Made by a program: the position numbers and the translations under genes. Positions 60,173-64,000 of a DNA stretch of 64,000 nt are shown here, one piece after another. Source of the DNA: Azolla caroliniana (Eukaryota; Plantae; Polypodiophyta); assembly GCA_043228905.1 (NCBI GenBank), contig JBHGNT010000003.1:18786001-18850000 (forward strand), written 5' to 3'. Position 1 is the first letter of the stretch; each line of letters starts with the position of its first letter. The notes below the pieces were generated by a model. That model searched no databases and was not told where the DNA came from. It was given only the letters and a program-made list of their open reading frames with translations.

Positions 60173-63100
60173 TGATAACAAAAGATATATACTATGTGAA
60201 GAGAATATACAGTAGTAGCTAGGAGGCTTAAGACGGACGTTGAACCGATTTGGTTCGAAATAATGCCTTGTGCCTCTTTTTATAGTGTTCTCAGGAGTAC
60301 TCCTGAAGTTTCTAGAATGTTCTAGAGAAATCTGGAATATACATCAATTTTCTATAGTAAAACTTAAATGAAAATAATATCCTTCGTGTTACAACATATA
60401 GTTTAATGGTCAAGAGCTCGACCCATGTAACATAAGGTGATGGGTTCGAGTTTTGTGATATCATGACACTATCCTCCCTTTAAAATGACGAGTGTCGTGA
60501 GTCGTTTTGGATTGAGGACCCCGTTTGTTTGGATATTGACGATGGAAGTCTTCAAGAAGAGCACGATCATTGGTCACATTCTCTATTGGTTCCCAAGTAC
60601 GCTCGTTGGGATTGTATCCTAGCCTATTTAGTCACTAAATAGTGGAGCTTGTTGCAAACAATCTTGGAATCGAGGATGGCAGCAACCTCGTACTCAGGTC
60701 CATCTTAAAGTTCGATTGAGGGTGGAGGTTGTTTAATACAACCTGGGATGGTGTTGTCTTGATAGGGTTTGAGGAGAGAACTATGAAACACCAGATGTAT
60801 CCAAAGTTGTGGAGGTAGATCGAGACAAAAAGCGACATCATTAATTTTTCTGATAATACAGAAAGGACCTAATTGCCGATAATCCAACTTCTCGCATGGG
60901 CGAATAGTCTTGATGTGTTGTCGTAGTAGTCATACCCGATCTCCAATTTTAAAACTGAATGGAAACCGATAACGATCCTCGTAAACCTTGTGTGTTTGTT
61001 GAGCTTGTTGTACATGAATAGATAAATCCGCTTATATCTTGTGTAACTGCTCCAAATGATTCTCTGTCCAAGGATTTGTGGGTAACTCTAGGTGACAACC
61101 CGTATAAGAATAAAATGGTGTAACCTTTGTCGATGAGTGGACAGAGTTATTATCCGCAAATTCAGCGAAGTGGAGAATATCCGCCCAGTCATCCTGATGA
61201 TAGCTTAGAAAGCACCAAAGATACCGTTCCAGCGTTTGATTTGTTTGTTCTACTTGACCGTCTATTTGTGGGTGGTAGCCAGAGGAGAGGTTACAAGTGA
61301 CCTTGGGCATTTTAAAGAGGTGCTTCTAGAATTTTGAGACGAACTGGGGTCCACGGTCGCTGATGATACTATCGGGAAGGCCATGATGCTGACATACTTC
61401 ACGCATGACAGTTTCCGTGGTTCCCTCACTGGAGATTTCCTTAGTACATGGCAGGAAATCGGCCATCTTCGTATATCAATCTACTACTGTTAAGATCGCA
61501 TCAAATCCTTTAGAGACCGGAAGATCTTTGATGAAATATAGAGCAATGGATTGCCACGGCTTGCTTGGAATTGGTAATGGTTCTAATAAACCATATGGAT
61601 GATGCCTTGGCATTTTTGCTTTGAAACATGTATCACAAGTCCGAACAAAATCTTCGACAAATTGTCGCATATGGGGCCACCAGAATGATCGTTGTACTAA
61701 ATATAATGTTTTAATACTACCAAAATGCCTAGCTGTATATCTGTCATGACAGTTTTGGACTACTCGAAGGCGACAAGAACCATTAGGAACATACAAGAGT
61801 TTCTTAAAGAATAGTAATACATCATGACATTTGAATTGTCGATAGTCCATACCTGGTTGTTGCGACTGTGAACAAGATGATCAAGAGGGATCAATTTGTG
61901 CTAGAATGGCTTGGGCGAAAGCATCTGTCTTCAAGTCCTCACATATGGTATCGATAACATGGGAATCCAAGGGCATACCGAAGACCTGCATTGGTTGCAG
62001 TCGTGTTGGTCCTAGGATTACTTGCTTTTGGTTATCGAAAGCTAGCTCGCCAGGACGCGGTGCTAGATACGAGCACCATGATAATGCATCTGCCTTCCTT
62101 GTTGCTTCCCTAGACGATATGTAATTTTGAAGTTGAAACGAGTGAGGAATTGGGCCCACCGAGCTTGACGTCAATTTAACACACGAGCATTCTGAAAGTA
62201 GGCAATGTTTTTGTGATCACTGAATACAGTGACTTGATGAGAAGATCCCTCTAGAAAATGCCTCCATTGCGTAAAAGAGTCTACTATTGCTAATAGCTCT
62301 TTATAATGAATTTCATAGTTGATTTCGGCGGCGTCAAACTTGCGTGAGTGGAAAGCCACAAGATGTAGCTTTTCATCATCGCCTTGTTGTGACAGAATGC
62401 TACCCAAGGCGAAATCCGACGCGTCTGCTTCAATGATGAATGGTTTTTCCGGATCAACATGAGTTAGAATAGGAGCTGATGTAAATGCCTTCTTAAGACT
62501 CTCAAAAGCCATGTCTACTTCTTCAGACCAAACGAACGATTGTCCCTTCTTGGTAAGCTCTGTGAGAGGCAAAACGAGCTTTGAGTAATCATGTATAAAC
62601 TTGCGGTAGAAATTGGCAAAGCCTAAAAAGCATTGCACATCTCGCAACGAATGTGGATTCTGCCACTCTACCACCATTTTGACCTTAGTTGGATCCATGG
62701 AGATGCCTTCCGAGGAAATGATATAGCCCAGAAATTCTACCTGTTGCACTCGAAACTACATTTTTCTAGCTTTGCATAAAGACCATGTTCTCGAAGTCAT
62801 TTTAGTACTAACAGTACATGAGAATCATGGTCTTCTTGGGTCTTCGAATAAACCAGTAGATCATCCAAATAGATGATCAAACAAACATCCAAGAGATCTC
62901 GGAATATATCATTCGCCATGTGTCGGAAGACTGTTCGCGCATTAGTGAGGCCGAATGGCATGACCGTATACTTGAAGTGCCCATATTTGGTGTGAAACGC
63001 GGTCTTCCATTCATCTCCTAGTCGGATCCGTATGAGGTTATACGCTCCTCGTAAGTCGGTCTTTGTGAATAACCTTGCACCATTGATCCGTTCTAAAAGA

Positions 63101-64000
63101 CTTGAGATAAGGGGAAGTGCAGACCTATTCCTGATGGTGACCTTATTCAAGCCACGATAATCTACGACGAGATGAAGTGATCCATCCTTTTTCTTGACGA
63201 AGAAAATGGGTGCGCCGGCTGGAGATTTTGAATGTCGAATGAAACCATTTGCCAAATTCTCCTCTATATAGGCTCGAAGGACTTCTAGCTCGGTTGGTGA
63301 CAAATTGTAGATAGTCCCCATGGTGGCTATTTTCCCGGTTGTAAATCGATGGGGCAATCATACAGTCAATGGTGAGGAAGCGTATTGGCTTGTACTTTAT
63401 CAAACGGTGGACTCCTCTTTAGTGGTGTTGGAGGGTTTTATTGATATTGCGAAGAGAAACATTTCTTCCTTGCGTCCTTCCTCACGCAACTGATGTAGCG
63501 AAATGGTTGCAATCTTATGAGTAGATCCTCAGGTTTGTCGATACCGGATTTCTCTTGTTCTCCAATCTATGTCTAGGTTATGTAATTCGAACCATGGTAA
63601 TCCCAAAACAATGGGATGTTCTGGGATACTAATTATATTAAATGATACTACACACGCTAAATTATCTACGACAATATTAACAGGCTCTAACTCTTCAATG
63701 ATATTTCCGGAAGCAATGGGACGACCATCAATGACAACTACAGAGGCTGGACACGGGAGTTTTCTTAGGGATATCTGATGAGCTTGGGCAAAATTCCTAT
63801 CCATGAAGCAAGAATTAGCTCCGGAATCTAGAAGTGTTCAGACATGTACTGGAGAGCTACTTTTAGTAGTAACTGTTGCTTGGGCTAAGAACACATTGCT
63901 AACTTGCTTAGAGGGAATGGAACCACTAATGGGCTGCACAGATCTAGGGTTGTCCAACCAAATGGCTCCTTTTTTTGTTGGACTTAGTCATTTAATTGTT
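60040..64000 (-). mobile_element. Chromovirus (Tcn1-like Ty3/gypsy), decayed; continues beyond the window
   Basis: 3' LTR 60040-60468, PPT AAGGGAGGATAG. PR LDSGA (~63820); RT YLDD; RH DASD; INT HHCC. Chromodomain remnant EYEVAAILDS...TWEP at about 60540-60700. Confidence 0.92.
60392..60456 (+). promoter_or_regulatory. tRNA-like A/B-box module at the U3 start of the chromovirus LTR (antisense)
   Basis: TAGTTTAATGGT at 60399-60410; GGTTCGAGT at 60443-60451. Confidence 0.55.

Overview
Land-plant nuclear DNA, probably a non-seed plant (inferred from the TE lineages; the species cannot be determined). About 1-40 kb is a nested LTR-retrotransposon stack. An old Ty1/copia (B1, LTRs 16102-16352 and 39573-39952) contains two other copias. 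The copias are invaded by a GC-rich, tRNA-Trp-primed, chromodomain-less Ty3/gypsy group. That group includes an intact, very young element (E1, 8086-15415), a near-identical copy with an in-frame loss of the RT domain (E1b, 31415-37478), a gag-pro-only relative, a protease-only mini-element and a repeat-filled derivative. 40-51 kb is AT-rich and holds a tRNA-Ala-primed non-autonomous LTR element and two 5'-truncated LINE-type insertions. The only clear host gene is an intronless 3-ketoacyl-CoA synthase (51883-53406), followed by a pseudogenised duplicate of its 3' end. 54.7-64 kb holds a decayed copia interrupted by a non-autonomous LTR element and by a chromovirus. Most notable observations: (1) tRNA-like A/B-box modules, always antisense, in the LTRs of four different gypsy-type elements; (2) 4-bp, CG-centred target sites; (3) a conserved G_GAU_UUU -1 frameshift signal with a covarying hairpin; (4) a D-H-G protease motif; (5) a U3 block shared between copia and gypsy LTRs. 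All comparisons were made by eye; no database searches were run.
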